A stretch of DNA of 64,000 nt, from assembly GCA_965221955.1 (NCBI GenBank), contig CBDCTA010000029.1, positions 1 to 64,000 on the forward strand, in the 5' to 3' direction. The notes under the pieces are model-generated. The model was not told the DNA's origin. It made no database searches and saw only the letters and a program-made list of their open reading frames with translations. A program made the translations under genes and the position numbers. This stretch comes from Gammaproteobacteria bacterium. GTDB taxonomy: Bacteria > Pseudomonadota > Gammaproteobacteria > UBA4575. This document shows, piece after piece, positions 9,059-19,500 of this stretch (position 1 is its first letter; every line of letters starts with the position of its first letter).

Positions 9059-9084
9059 AGACTATAGTCCGTAGACTATCAGTC
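9059..9084 (+). promoter_or_regulatory. C-box (operator of R-M controller proteins)
   Basis: AGAC-TAT-AGTC-CGTA-GACT-ATC-AGTC fits GACT-N3-AGTC-N4-GACT-N3-AGTC with one degenerate half-site, directly upstream of an XRE gene. Confidence 0.75.
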
Positions 9085-9106
9085 ACACAAATATATGGTC
9101 TACCCT

Positions 9107-9343
9107 ATGGTAGGTCAAGAAAAGCTACAGAAAAATTTTGGCAAGGTGCTTAAATCTGTGCGTACACAAAAATCCTATTCTCAGGAAGGATTGGCTTTAG
9201 AATGTGGTTTGGATCGGACCTATATATCTTTATTGGAACGTGGACTTAGACAACCCTCATTAGCAAGTATCTTTTCTCTTGCGCATGCGCTAGATATCAA
9301 GGCGTCTTCTTTGATTAAAAAAGTTGAACGGGAAGTAAGCTAA
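9107..9343 (+). CDS. XRE-family HTH regulator, R-M controller (C protein)-like
   Basis: FGKVLKSVR....SQEGLALECGLDRTYISLLERGLRQPSL. Likely leaderless start at 9107; alternative ATG at 9095. Confidence 0.85.
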   Translation: MVGQEKLQKNFGKVLKSVRTQKSYSQEGLALECGLDRTYISLLERGLRQPSLASIFSLAHALDIKASSLIKKVEREVS

Positions 9344-9619
9344 GCTTTTCCATTTCGTAATGAATTTACTACTCGATCCCTTTCTTTTTCAAATATTTCT
9401 GTCGCTTCACGTACAGTAATAAAATCCTTTGTCAATCTGAACACATAACGCTTTGCGTAAATTGTAAAGACCGATTACATCTGAATTGTTGATTGCACGT
9501 TCAGCAATGGACTCCCATTTAGCGTTAGTTGCTTCATCATAGCAGTAGTTAGGTATTTCCTCTGCTAAGCTCAGGACAGGAATTGAACAGAAAATAATCA
9601 ATACAGAAGCTTTCATCAT
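9340..9619 (-). CDS. Small secreted protein with an apparent +1 frameshift near 9421-9424
   Basis: Signal-peptide-like N-terminus; removing one T extends the frame (..KGFITVREATEIFEKERDRVVNSLRNGKA) to TAG at 9340. Confidence 0.5.
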
Positions 9620-9638
9620 TCCTTATTATAATAACTAA

Positions 9639-10292
9639 ATGTGCGGTAGACATTGGTTAGATAGTGCTCCAGTAATGCTTGAAGAGTGTTTTGATTTATC
9701 CATAAAACACTGGACGAAGCCACGCTATAACATCTCACCGCAATCAAATGTACTCAGTTTATTCCAAAGCGATACAAGGATTGAGATTACTGAGATGCAT
9801 TGGGGGCTTATTCCTCCTTGGGCTAAAGAAGGACAATTTAAAAGCCCTTTAATCAATGCACGTAGTGAAACCGTTTGGGAGAAACCTTCTTTTCGGAATT
9901 TAATAAAAAATCAACGTTGCATAATTCCTGTTTCAGGATTCTTTGAGTGGAAACGTGAAGGGAAAACGAAACAACCCTATGCCATTAAAGTAAACAATCA
10001 GCCATTAATGTTAATCGGTGGAATTTATCAAATCAGCAAAGATGGAGAGATGCAACATTGCATCGTTACAACCCCATCCAATTCTAAAATGGACCAAGTA
10101 CATGGTCGTCAACCTGTCATCCTTAATCTAGAACAAGCAAAGAATTGGATGACTTATGATAATCAAGACGATAAAGGTGACTTGGATGATCTAATGAACT
10201 CCTGCCCAACAGATTGGCTAGATATTTACCCCGTCAGTAACTATGTGAACAATGCTAGAAACCAAGGGCCAGAATGTATCGCAAGAATATAA
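9639..10292 (+). CDS. SOS response-associated peptidase (SRAP/YedK/HMCES family)
   Basis: N-terminal MCGR, RYNISP, WGLIPPW, LINARSET, GFFEW and HGRQP. Confidence 0.92.
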   Translation: MCGRHWLDSAPVMLEECFDLSIKHWTKPRYNISPQSNVLSLFQSDTRIEITEMHWGLIPPWAKEGQFKSPLINARSETVWEKPSFRNLIKNQRCIIPVSGFFEWKREGKTKQPYAIKVNNQPLMLIGGIYQISKDGEMQHCIVTTPSNSKMDQVHGRQPVILNLEQAKNWMTYDNQDDKGDLDDLMNSCPTDWLDIYPVSNYVNNARNQGPECIARI

Positions 10293-10609
10293 GATTTATA
10301 AACACATTCCGTGATTTAGATTTAATGGAATACGTTATACCTTACTGCATGAGCTGTGGGCATGCAGGTAGGCATCTAGTGCATTCATATTTACCTGATG
10401 ACAGTAAATTGGATGATTTAATTATTGAGCGCAAAGACAAGCTCTATTGCATTCAATGTAAATGTAAAGAGGTTGGATTGAGGCTTGAATCCAATCCATA
10501 CATGCCTGGAATCAGTCGAAAGTATCTATTCTCAGATAACATCTGTCGGATGTATCGAATTAGTCGTGGCAGTTGTCGATTACCTTTTGAGAAGACTACA
10601 TTGCATTAA
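10274..10609 (+). CDS. Cys-rich hypothetical protein, possible zinc ribbon
   Basis: CMSCGH and CIQC pairs; start uncertain. Confidence 0.5.
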   Translation: MYRKNIRFINTFRDLDLMEYVIPYCMSCGHAGRHLVHSYLPDDSKLDDLIIERKDKLYCIQCKCKEVGLRLESNPYMPGISRKYLFSDNICRMYRISRGSCRLPFEKTTLH

Positions 10610-10693
10610 TGCTAATCATCACTGCATATGATGTCCTAAGAGTCTATGGTTGGTTATTTAGAAAGTTAGTAGGTTTATTTAAAAGGAAAAAGC

Positions 10694-10963
10694 ATGACTG
10701 AGGAATGGCAACAACATTTACACAGTGCAGAATATGCGCTCGAAAATCTCTCACATGAGCAAGTTAGCACAGTTGCCAAGATGTTGGCTTTGGAAGTTGG
10801 AAGCTACCGAAGAAAGTATGGAGACTCAGAGCTTGAGGAAGCAGAACAATTTATCAACGTATCAGAAATGACAGATGATATGAAAGAAATCTTTGTAAAA
10901 GGAATGGAAGCGTTATTGGCTGTTGTTAGACAAATTGAAATGAGTGGTGCTGAGAGGCATTGA
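10694..10963 (+). CDS. Acidic helical hypothetical protein
   Basis: AAGGA RBS; 89 aa. Confidence 0.65.
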   Translation: MTEEWQQHLHSAEYALENLSHEQVSTVAKMLALEVGSYRRKYGDSELEEAEQFINVSEMTDDMKEIFVKGMEALLAVVRQIEMSGAERH

Positions 10964-10965
10964 AT

Positions 10966-10993
10966 ATGTCCGCTAACGACCCAAAGCGGACAT
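10966..10993. repeat. 28-bp palindromic site R1
   Basis: ATGTCCGCT-AACGACCCAA-AGCGGACAT, perfect 9-bp arms. Confidence 0.8.
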
Positions 10994-11004
10994 TTAACTA
11001 AGTA

Positions 11005-11274
11005 ATGAATAATAAGAGAAAGCCTTTCATACCAAAAAATTTACCTAAATCTTTGGTGATTAGCTATCTATCATTACTAATTGGTTTAGGATTTGGAGTG
11101 ATTGGATTTATTTCTGGATTCCTAGATTTAATTGTGATTAAAAACATTTGTGCTATTACATTCATTTGTAGTGTCATTGTTTTTCTTGTGAGTTATATAT
11201 TTCATACCGAGAGAACGGTCAGAGGGAAATATTCAAATATAGAATCTAAAGATTGGAAAGACCAGATTTGGTGA
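11005..11274 (+). CDS. Two-TM membrane protein, cassette-like
   Basis: 89 aa; fills the space between R1 and R2 almost exactly. Confidence 0.65.
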   Translation: MNNKRKPFIPKNLPKSLVISYLSLLIGLGFGVIGFISGFLDLIVIKNICAITFICSVIVFLVSYIFHTERTVRGKYSNIESKDWKDQIW

Positions 11275-11302
11275 ATGACCGCTATTGGCCGTAAGCAGAC
11301 AT
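11275..11302. repeat. 28-bp palindromic site R2
   Basis: ATGACCGCT-ATTGGCCGTA-AGCAGACAT, same arms and spacer length as R1. Confidence 0.75.
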
Positions 11303-11334
11303 TTGCATATGGTGATCGGATCACATACTCATTT

Positions 11335-11727
11335 CTACTTAACGATTCCGTAGACTGACAAAATCAATGCGATGATTGATAACGTAATCGGCAACCAAAA
11401 CTGAAATTTTCGCTCTGAAAGATGCGCAATTATGCCCTCTAACAGTGGAAAGTTGACTGCATGCAGATCTTCTCCTACCTTGAAAGCAAAAAGGTGAACC
11501 TTAGATCCATCATCTTGCGTGTAGTTGTATTGCTTATCTAAATCGTAGTAAAGGCGACCAAATAGAAGCTGAGGATCAGCCTTCAGTTGGTTCGCGATAT
11601 TCTCTACATCAATAGGCACATAGATGACCGAGCTTCGATTGAGTTTGTCTAATTTGTATTTGAGAAACTCATCTATATAGCTGTGATAGATTGTTTCCAA
11701 TATTTTCAAATTTGTAATTGGGCGCAT
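11335..11727 (-). CDS. Hypothetical protein with C-terminal TM anchor
   Basis: 130 aa with a hydrophobic C-terminus. Confidence 0.7.
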   Translation of the reverse strand: MRPITNLKILETIYHSYIDEFLKYKLDKLNRSSVIYVPIDVENIANQLKADPQLLFGRLYYDLDKQYNYTQDDGSKVHLFAFKVGEDLHAVNFPLLEGIIAHLSERKFQFWLPITLSIIALILSVYGIVK

Positions 11728-11751
11728 TATGAAAACGTCAAGCTTCTCAGT

Positions 11752-12288
11752 TTATAGGCGTCTACTTTTTGGAACATCATGTTTGAGCTGATTACTAGAA
11801 ATGCATTTACAAAAGTTTTTCATATCTATTTTACAATTATGCCAATCCTTACTAACAACTTCATATACTGTTACTTCATTAGAGATGTCTTGCACTGCGC
11901 ACTGTAGCAAACGGTGATTTCCATCTTTTACTACACGGACGCTACATGAATCGCAATAGAATGTAATTACATTTTTACTTCTAAAATAGTCATTAGTTGG
12001 ATTGAATCTAATTTCAGAAAATAGAGCAGGAAGTAATGAGAGTTCATGAAATGAGATTGGAAAAGCCTCCGTTGGTGGTGTTTCAAATGAACCGATATAT
12101 CTTGTGCGCTCCCTGTTTGTGCGCCATGTTGGATAAGCATTGCCCTCAATTAATTCTCTTGTTTGACTTGTATACTTAATATAGCTAGGCGCAACTGCGT
12201 CACAGCGCTCACTCAAATTTGCTGTGCATTGTTCTTTTATGGTAATTGAAACAAACTCCTTTTCGTCGATATTTTCAAGATTTTTCAT
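11752..12288 (-). CDS. Hypothetical protein with ParB/sulfiredoxin-like motif
   Basis: VVKDGNHRL matches the DGxHR motif. Confidence 0.55.
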   Translation of the reverse strand: MKNLENIDEKEFVSITIKEQCTANLSERCDAVAPSYIKYTSQTRELIEGNAYPTWRTNRERTRYIGSFETPPTEAFPISFHELSLLPALFSEIRFNPTNDYFRSKNVITFYCDSCSVRVVKDGNHRLLQCAVQDISNEVTVYEVVSKDWHNCKIDMKNFCKCISSNQLKHDVPKSRRL

Positions 12289-12354
12289 ATCTGGAAATTT
12301 TAAATATTAGATAGTTTAAATACATTTCTACTCGCTATTTATATAATGCCTGCA

Positions 12355-12381
12355 ATGTCCGCTTTGGGTCGTAACAAACAT
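12355..12381. repeat. Degenerate palindromic site R3
   Basis: ATGTCCGCTTTGGGTCGTAACAAACAT; the first 18 nt equal the reverse complement of R1. Confidence 0.7.
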
Positions 12382-12398
12382 TTATTCGTCAGAAAGCG

Positions 12399-12980
12399 CT
12401 ATATTTCTTTCTGAACAAAGTTAGCACTACCAGTTTGCATACTACTTTGAAATAGTTCGTCCTTATTAAATTCTGTCTTGTCCCAAATTATTTGGCATAT
12501 TTTTTCCACATTTTCCCGAGCACATTCGGCATTTTTATCGGTAGCATACTTCTGCCAATCAGCACGAAGCATTTCGCCCATTCGCTCGTCATAGTTGTCA
12601 ATTGAAAGCATCTTCTCGTCTCGTAGCAATTCGTTTTTACCATGCGCTACTTTATTCCGAATACCAAATATTTCTGGTGCGATACGCCATGGTGTCTCTC
12701 CAAAATTGGGTTCGATTTCCAACTTTTCACAAATGATATTAATTTTACCTTTTGGACTTAGGCGCTCTAGGTCACTCCATGATTCGAAAATTGCGTTTCC
12801 CACGTGGTTTAAAAAAGCTTCTAAGGTGAACGCAGTAAACACGATACTGCCAAGGAATTGATGATAAGACCCTACTTGGTTTTCTTTCCCGTGTTTCAAA
12901 AAGATTCTCGATGAGTGCCAATGTTCAGCATATGTAATGATTTCTCGTTCGCTAGTTTTATGAACTTTATTAATATTCAT
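12399..12980 (-). CDS. HEPN-domain protein (putative RNase)
   Basis: AFTLEAFLN helix and RNKVAH (RxxxxH). Likely start is ATG 12980 with a purine-rich RBS. Confidence 0.7.
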   Translation of the reverse strand: MNINKVHKTSEREIITYAEHWHSSRIFLKHGKENQVGSYHQFLGSIVFTAFTLEAFLNHVGNAIFESWSDLERLSPKGKINIICEKLEIEPNFGETPWRIAPEIFGIRNKVAHGKNELLRDEKMLSIDNYDERMGEMLRADWQKYATDKNAECARENVEKICQIIWDKTEFNKDELFQSSMQTGSANFVQKEI

Positions 12981-13281
12981 ATGCTCTCTTGTTTCCCTCT
13001 TGGAAATCTCTGCGTTGAGTAATGAGTATCTGTTCAAGTGTGTTGATCTTCCAGCCAATCAGGAAATCTATTTGTTTCTTTGAGTCGGTGATTGCAAAGT
13101 CGTAATCGGTGAAATCTTCTGTAATGAATTGGCGTGCTGCGGCCTTTGCGGATTTTTCTAATTCGATGATTCCAAAGATATCTGGATCAGCTGCTCGGAT
13201 ATGATCTACAACATCATCTATACGGGCTTGGCTTTCGTCTCTAAACTTTTGAACATTCCAAACGAGAATAGAGAAACTCAT
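12970..13281 (-). pseudogene. Truncated endonuclease/exonuclease/phosphatase (EEP) family gene
   Basis: ILVWNVQKF and DPDIFGIIE motifs present, but only 103 aa and the C-terminal catalytic motifs are missing. Confidence 0.6.
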
Positions 13282-13502
13282 ATATATGAGTATTAAACGA
13301 TTACATTAATGGATTGATCAATATTCATACGAACTTCTAACTATTCCGTTTTAAACTATATGTTTAACTAAATTGCGTAAGGCACTCAATTTGATAGGCG
13401 ACATTTTCTAATTTCTACATTAGCAATAATTACACTTGACGATTATCTCATAACAAGAGCAATATAAATCCTAATAAGAATAAAATCTGTTGGGAGAGTG
13501 CT

Positions 13503-16500
13503 ATGCGCATACGTGCTGTTCTGGTTTCTGTCGTTTTATTTCTTTTCACAAACTCAATGGTGCATGCCAATCTGGTGGCCTCGACACCGGGTGAGTTTTC
13601 AGTCAGCAGTACGGGTGCTGCAACTTACTCTGTTCCAATTGTTGTACCACCAGGTACAGCAGGTGTAGAACCCAAACTTTCCCTAAATTATTCCAGCCAA
13701 GGTCGAAATGGTTTGTTAGGTGTGGGTTGGTCCATTGGTGGTCTCTCAGTAATACATAGATGCCCTGCCAATTTAGTGAAAGATGGATTTATTGATGGCA
13801 TTGATTTTGATGACAACGATCGTTTTTGTTTAGACGGCCAACCTTTAATAGCAATCAATGGCACCTACGGTGCCAACAATACTGAATATCGTACCGAGAT
13901 TAACAATTTCTCCAAAATTATTTCCTATGGCAGCACGGGCAATGGTCCCGAGATGTTTAAGGTTTGGACCAAAAGCGGTGAGATTATGGAATATGGGTAC
14001 ACAACTGATTCCAGAATTAATCCCCCACTTGCAGATGGAACAACACAATCTGATGCACTTTGTTGGTTACTAAACAAAGTAACGGACACCGTTGGCAACT
14101 TTATGACAGTTACCTATTTTGAAGACACCTCAACTGGTGAAAACTATCCACAACAAATAGATTACACAGGTAATACAGGCTTAACTCCATACAACTCAGT
14201 AGAGTTCACATATGAGGCCAGAACAGATTCAGGAACGCGTTATCTTGCTGGGTTAAAAATGGAATCCACAAAACGATTGAAAACCATTACCAGCAAAGAA
14301 GGCGCAAATAAAGTAAGAGAATATAAATTAACTTATATTGAAACTACAGAAACTAACCAATCACAAATTTCATCTTTTCAAGAATGTGATGGTAGTGCAA
14401 ATTGTATTGCAGCTACGAACTTAACCACTCCTCATGAAGCAGATGGAACAACGACTCAGGCATTCCTGCAACAAGGTTCTTCACAAGGACCAGTTTGGCG
14501 AGATGGAAATGGGCATGATTCATTTTTAGGAGAATTTAATGGGGACGGACGCACGGATGTAGTACAGATCGCGCGTGATAACTATAACGCACAAACTTTA
14601 TTCACAAATACAAATGGATCCTTCACACAAGCTTTTCATGATACAACGAGTTTAATTTGGCGAACGGGTGATACAGGTTATGGAACCTTCCCAGGTGATT
14701 TTAACGGAGATGGCTTAACCGACTTATTACAACTTCAGCGATCAAATTATTATGGTCAAACTCTGTTAGCAGATGGAAATGGATCTTTTACACAAGCGCA
14801 CCTTCAAAATAATTATCCAAATGATGGATATTTTTGGGATGGTGGTCCCGTGAATAATACTGGAACAGATACCTACATGGGAGATTTCAATGGTGACGGA
14901 TTAACGGATGCTGTTCAAATTCAAAGAGATTACTACCAATCTCAAACGTTACTCTCAAATGGAGATGGAACGTTTTCTCGTGCGCATTTACAAGACAACT
15001 ACCCTACAAATGGAACAATTTGGAGAACTGGTACCGCAACAGATGCATATACAGGAGACTTTAATGGGGATGGATTAACAGACATTCTCCAGGTAATGGA
15101 AGGATATTATCAAGCACAAACCTTACTTTCGAATGGAGACGGAACATTTACTCAAGCGCATCTTCAAGATAACTATCCTAACGATGGTGTAATTTGGAGA
15201 GTGGGAAGTGCAAGTGAAATATTTACAGCAGATTTTAATGGAGATGGTCTAACTGACATTCTCCAAATTATGAAGGATTATTATTTAGCACAAACGTTAC
15301 TCTCAAATGGAGATGGAACTTTCACACGTGCACATTATCAAGATAATTATCCTAATGACGGCGTAGTTTATAGAGTTGGTAGTGGATATACGACTCACCT
15401 AGGAGATTTTAATGGCGATGGCATGTCTGACATTTTGCAATTGCATCGTACTCTATATGAAGGACAAACTTTATTTTCAAATGGTGACGGGACTTTCACT
15501 CGTGCACATTTGCAAAGTAACTACCCTAATGATGGTAACTATTGGGATGGCGGGCCTGAAAATAATACTGGTACTGATACGTTTGTTGGTGAATTCAGTG
15601 GAGATGGTTTGTCAGACGTATTACAAATTCAACGAGAATACTATTACGCACAAACACTTTTCTCGAACGGTAATCAATTTGAGTTAGCTTCAGCCATTAT
15701 CAATGGCCTTGGTGTTGACATAGAAATTGACTACACGCCAATAACAAACAACACCATTTACACCAAAGGCAGTGGTGCGAGTTTTCCTGAGATTGATTTA
15801 CAAGCCCCGATGTATGTGGTGAGTGAGTCTAGAACTAATAATGGATTGGGGTCAAATGAATTTAATACACTTACCTATGAATACGAAGGTGCAAAGGTAC
15901 ATGTACAAGGGCGTGGGTTATTAGGCTTTAGTAAACGTACGGTGACCGATGTCGATACCAACATCGTCATTGAAACTAACTATAAACAAGCGTTCCCATA
16001 CATTGGCCAAGTTGAATCAACCAAGACTACAGTTGATGGCACACTCGTTTCAGAAGAAAGTAACACCTTTGCTGCATTGGGTAACACTACAACGGGACCC
16101 GCGTTCCCTTATGTCGATCCTGCCGTGAGCAAAACCTATGACGTAAATGGCGGTGCATTACTGACTACCGTTACAACCGACAGCACCTATGATAGTTATG
16201 GCAATCCAACCAATATAACGGTGACGACTGCGGATGTAGGCATTGATACCTACACCACCACAACTTTAAATACCTATACCAACGATACAACGAAATGGCA
16301 TTTAGGCAGATTAACTCAAGCCGTCGTTTCCAAAACCGGTGGTGCACAAACTAGTCCATCACGAACTTCTACGTTTGAATATGATTCCACAAATGGTTTA
16401 CTCACCAAAGAAACCATTGAGCCCGGTGGTTCGTTTGAACTTGTTAAAACCTATACACACGATGGCTTTGGTAATCGCATCAGTGTCACGGAAAGTGGTT

Positions 16501-19500
16501 CAGGTATTACAAGTAGAACCACCACTACGAGTTATGACAGCAAAGGTCAGTTCCCAACGACGGTTACCAATGCATTGGGTCACAGCGAATCCCGTGAATA
16601 CAATGATCCTTACGGTAACGTCACAAAGTTAACTGGACCCAACTTATTAGACACCACTTGGGAATACGATTCATTAGGACGCAAGAGTCGTGAAATGCGT
16701 GCTGATGGGACCGAAACGAATATGACCTATGCATTTTGTAATGGTAGTTGTCCGTCACAAGTCAGTAGTTTGGCTTCATACAAAATCACAACCACTACTA
16801 CGGGTGCCGCCACCTCTATTGCTTATTATGATGCCGTAAACCGCGTCATTCTCACGGAGACCCAAAGCTTTGATGGCACCAGTGTGTATGTTGAAACAGA
16901 ATATGATGCACAAGGTCGAGTGGATCGAAGATCCAATCCTTACTTTGGTACTTCAACAACCTATTGGACCGACTACAGCTATGATGATTTAGGTAGAGTA
17001 ATCCAAGAAGATTCCCCGACTACAGGTTTAACCACGATGACTTACAGTGGTTTCATCACAACAGTTACTGTACATCGTGATCAAGGTGGAACAATTACTC
17101 AACTTGATAACAAAGAACAAACCAACAGTTTGGGCCAAACCCTATGGACCGAAGACGATAATAATAATCAACTTACCTTTGCCTATGATGCACAAGGTAA
17201 TCTTATTACGGTTACGGATAGTGAAGGCAACATCACTAGCAACACTTACAACCTCCGAGGCTTTAAAACCACCATGTCTGATCCTGACATGGGCGATTGG
17301 AAGTACGAATACAATGTACTGGGTGAGTTGACCGCACAATGGGATGCAAAAACCAGTCATACTGGTCCTGCAACGGTCACCATGAGTTACGACAAACTCG
17401 GAAGACTTATCAGCCGAACGGAAAATGAAGGAACGACTACATGGACCTATGATACGGCTACCAAGGGTAAAGGCAAACTTGCCAGTGTCTCGCATTATGG
17501 GGGTTACAGTCGAAGTCACACCTATGACAGTGTAGGCAGACCGAGTTCGACCACCACCGTCATTGGTGGCAGTAGTTACACCGCCACTACAACCTACGAT
17601 CCTTCAGGCAGAGTGGATGATGTGAGTTATCCAGGTAGCAGCAACTTCAAAGTTGATCACGTATACAACATACATGGCTATTTAGAAAAAGTACGTAATG
17701 CCAATAACACCTCTGAAGTGTTTTACACCGCACTCGCAGCTGATCAATTTGGCAATATCACCTCACAAACACTTGGAAGTGGTGCCGCTGCCATTACCAC
17801 CTTTAGAAGTTATCAACAAAACTCTGGACGTATCCAACACATTGATAGTGTCGTACAAGATTTAGAGTACACCTTTGACTCTATCGGTAATCTCACCCAA
17901 CGCAAAGATCATGATCAATCTGCACTTACCGAAGACTTTACCTATGACAACTTAAATCGACTTAAGAAAGCCGATGTATTGACAGTAGGATATGTAGACT
18001 TCACGTATGATGATCTTGGCAACATCACGAATAAGTCCGATGTAGGCAATTACACCTATGGTGCAGGTAATGCTGGACCGCATGCGGTGACCAGTGCAGG
18101 TGGAAACACGTACACCTATGACAACAACGGTAATCAAATCACAGGGGACGGTAAAACCATAACCTGGTCCTCCTTTAATAAGCCTACACAAATCACAAAA
18201 GGTAGTAGTACCAGTTCATTTACCTACGGACCGGATCGTGCGCGTTATTTACAAGTCACGACAGAAAGTTCAACGACCACTACTACAACTTACATTGGTG
18301 GCTTATATGAAAAAGTAGAAAAGACCGGACAAGCCACACAAGAGAAACACTTTATACGTGCTGGAAATCAGACCATTGCAATCTTTACGGATCGAAGCAG
18401 TGGCACCGATACTACTGAATACTTACATCGTGATCACCTAGGTTCCATTGACACCATTACCGATGCAAATGGAGCCATTGTAGAAAAACTTTCTTTTGAT
18501 GCGTTTGGTAAACGCAGACTCAGCAACTGGAACAGTGGTGTACCAAGCATTGTAAGCAACAACACGCGCGGTTACACCGGCCATGAGATGTTAGATGCGG
18601 TGGGACTGATTCACATGAATGGTCGAGTCTATGATCCGTTGCTTGGAAGGTTCATGAGTGCGGATCCTACGATGCAATTTCCTAAGAACATGCAGAATTA
18701 CAATCGGTATTCTTATGTACTTAACAATCCGTTGAGTTATACCGATCCAAGTGGATTCTTTTTGAAATCAATTAAAAAAGCTTTTAAGAAATTAGTTAAA
18801 GGAATTAAAAAAGTATTTAAGAAGATTGCACAGAATGAATTACTGAGTGCATTAGTTACGATAGGTGTCGGATTTGGTGTATTTACACTTGCGTCAAAGT
18901 TTATTGCAAGCAAAGTAATTGCTGGCGCGATAGGCGGATTTGCTGGTGGTTTTGTAGGGAGTGGAGGTGATATTAGAGCTGGTGTAATTGGAGGTTTATC
19001 TGGTGCGGCATTAGGCGCTATAGGTGCTAAATTTGGGAAACCACAATTATTTTCACCAAAACATTTTATTAAAATTGGGTTGCATGGTTTAGTAGGAGGA
19101 GCTGCATCTGCTGCTCAAGGTGGGAAATTTGGTAGAGGCTTTTTATCCGCGGGAGTAACTCAAGCGTTCGCTCCTGGTATTGACAATATTGATAGTGACA
19201 ACCTGGGAATAAGCCTAGAAAGAACTTTAGTTGCAGCAGTGGTTGGTGGTACAACATCAGAGTTAACTGGCGGTAAGTTTGCAAATGGAGCTGTCACCGG
19301 TTCCTTTTCAAGATTGCTTAATGATGAATACACCAAGCAATTAGCTGAGGATTTAAAACAGAAAATTGATGTATTACTTAAAATGTCAAATAAAGAGCTG
19401 AAAGTTGCATTGGGTGTCACTGCTTCAGATTTACCAATAGTAAAACATCAATTAGGGGTAATTTATGGTGCTGCGAATGGCCAACAATATATAGACACTA

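Noticed and set aside
9399-9416. LexA box upstream of the SRAP gene
   Set aside because: The CTG...CAG spacing is 12 rather than 10, and the site lies within a coding region.
10965-12382. R1-R3 as a CRISPR mini-array
   Set aside because: The intervals are 0.3-1 kb, contain whole genes, and repeat orientation is not uniform.
14520-15672. Regular ~180-bp repeats as a CRISPR array or DGR template/variable repeats
   Set aside because: They are in-frame FG-GAP coding repeats with largely synonymous divergence. There are no unique spacers, cas genes or reverse transcriptase.
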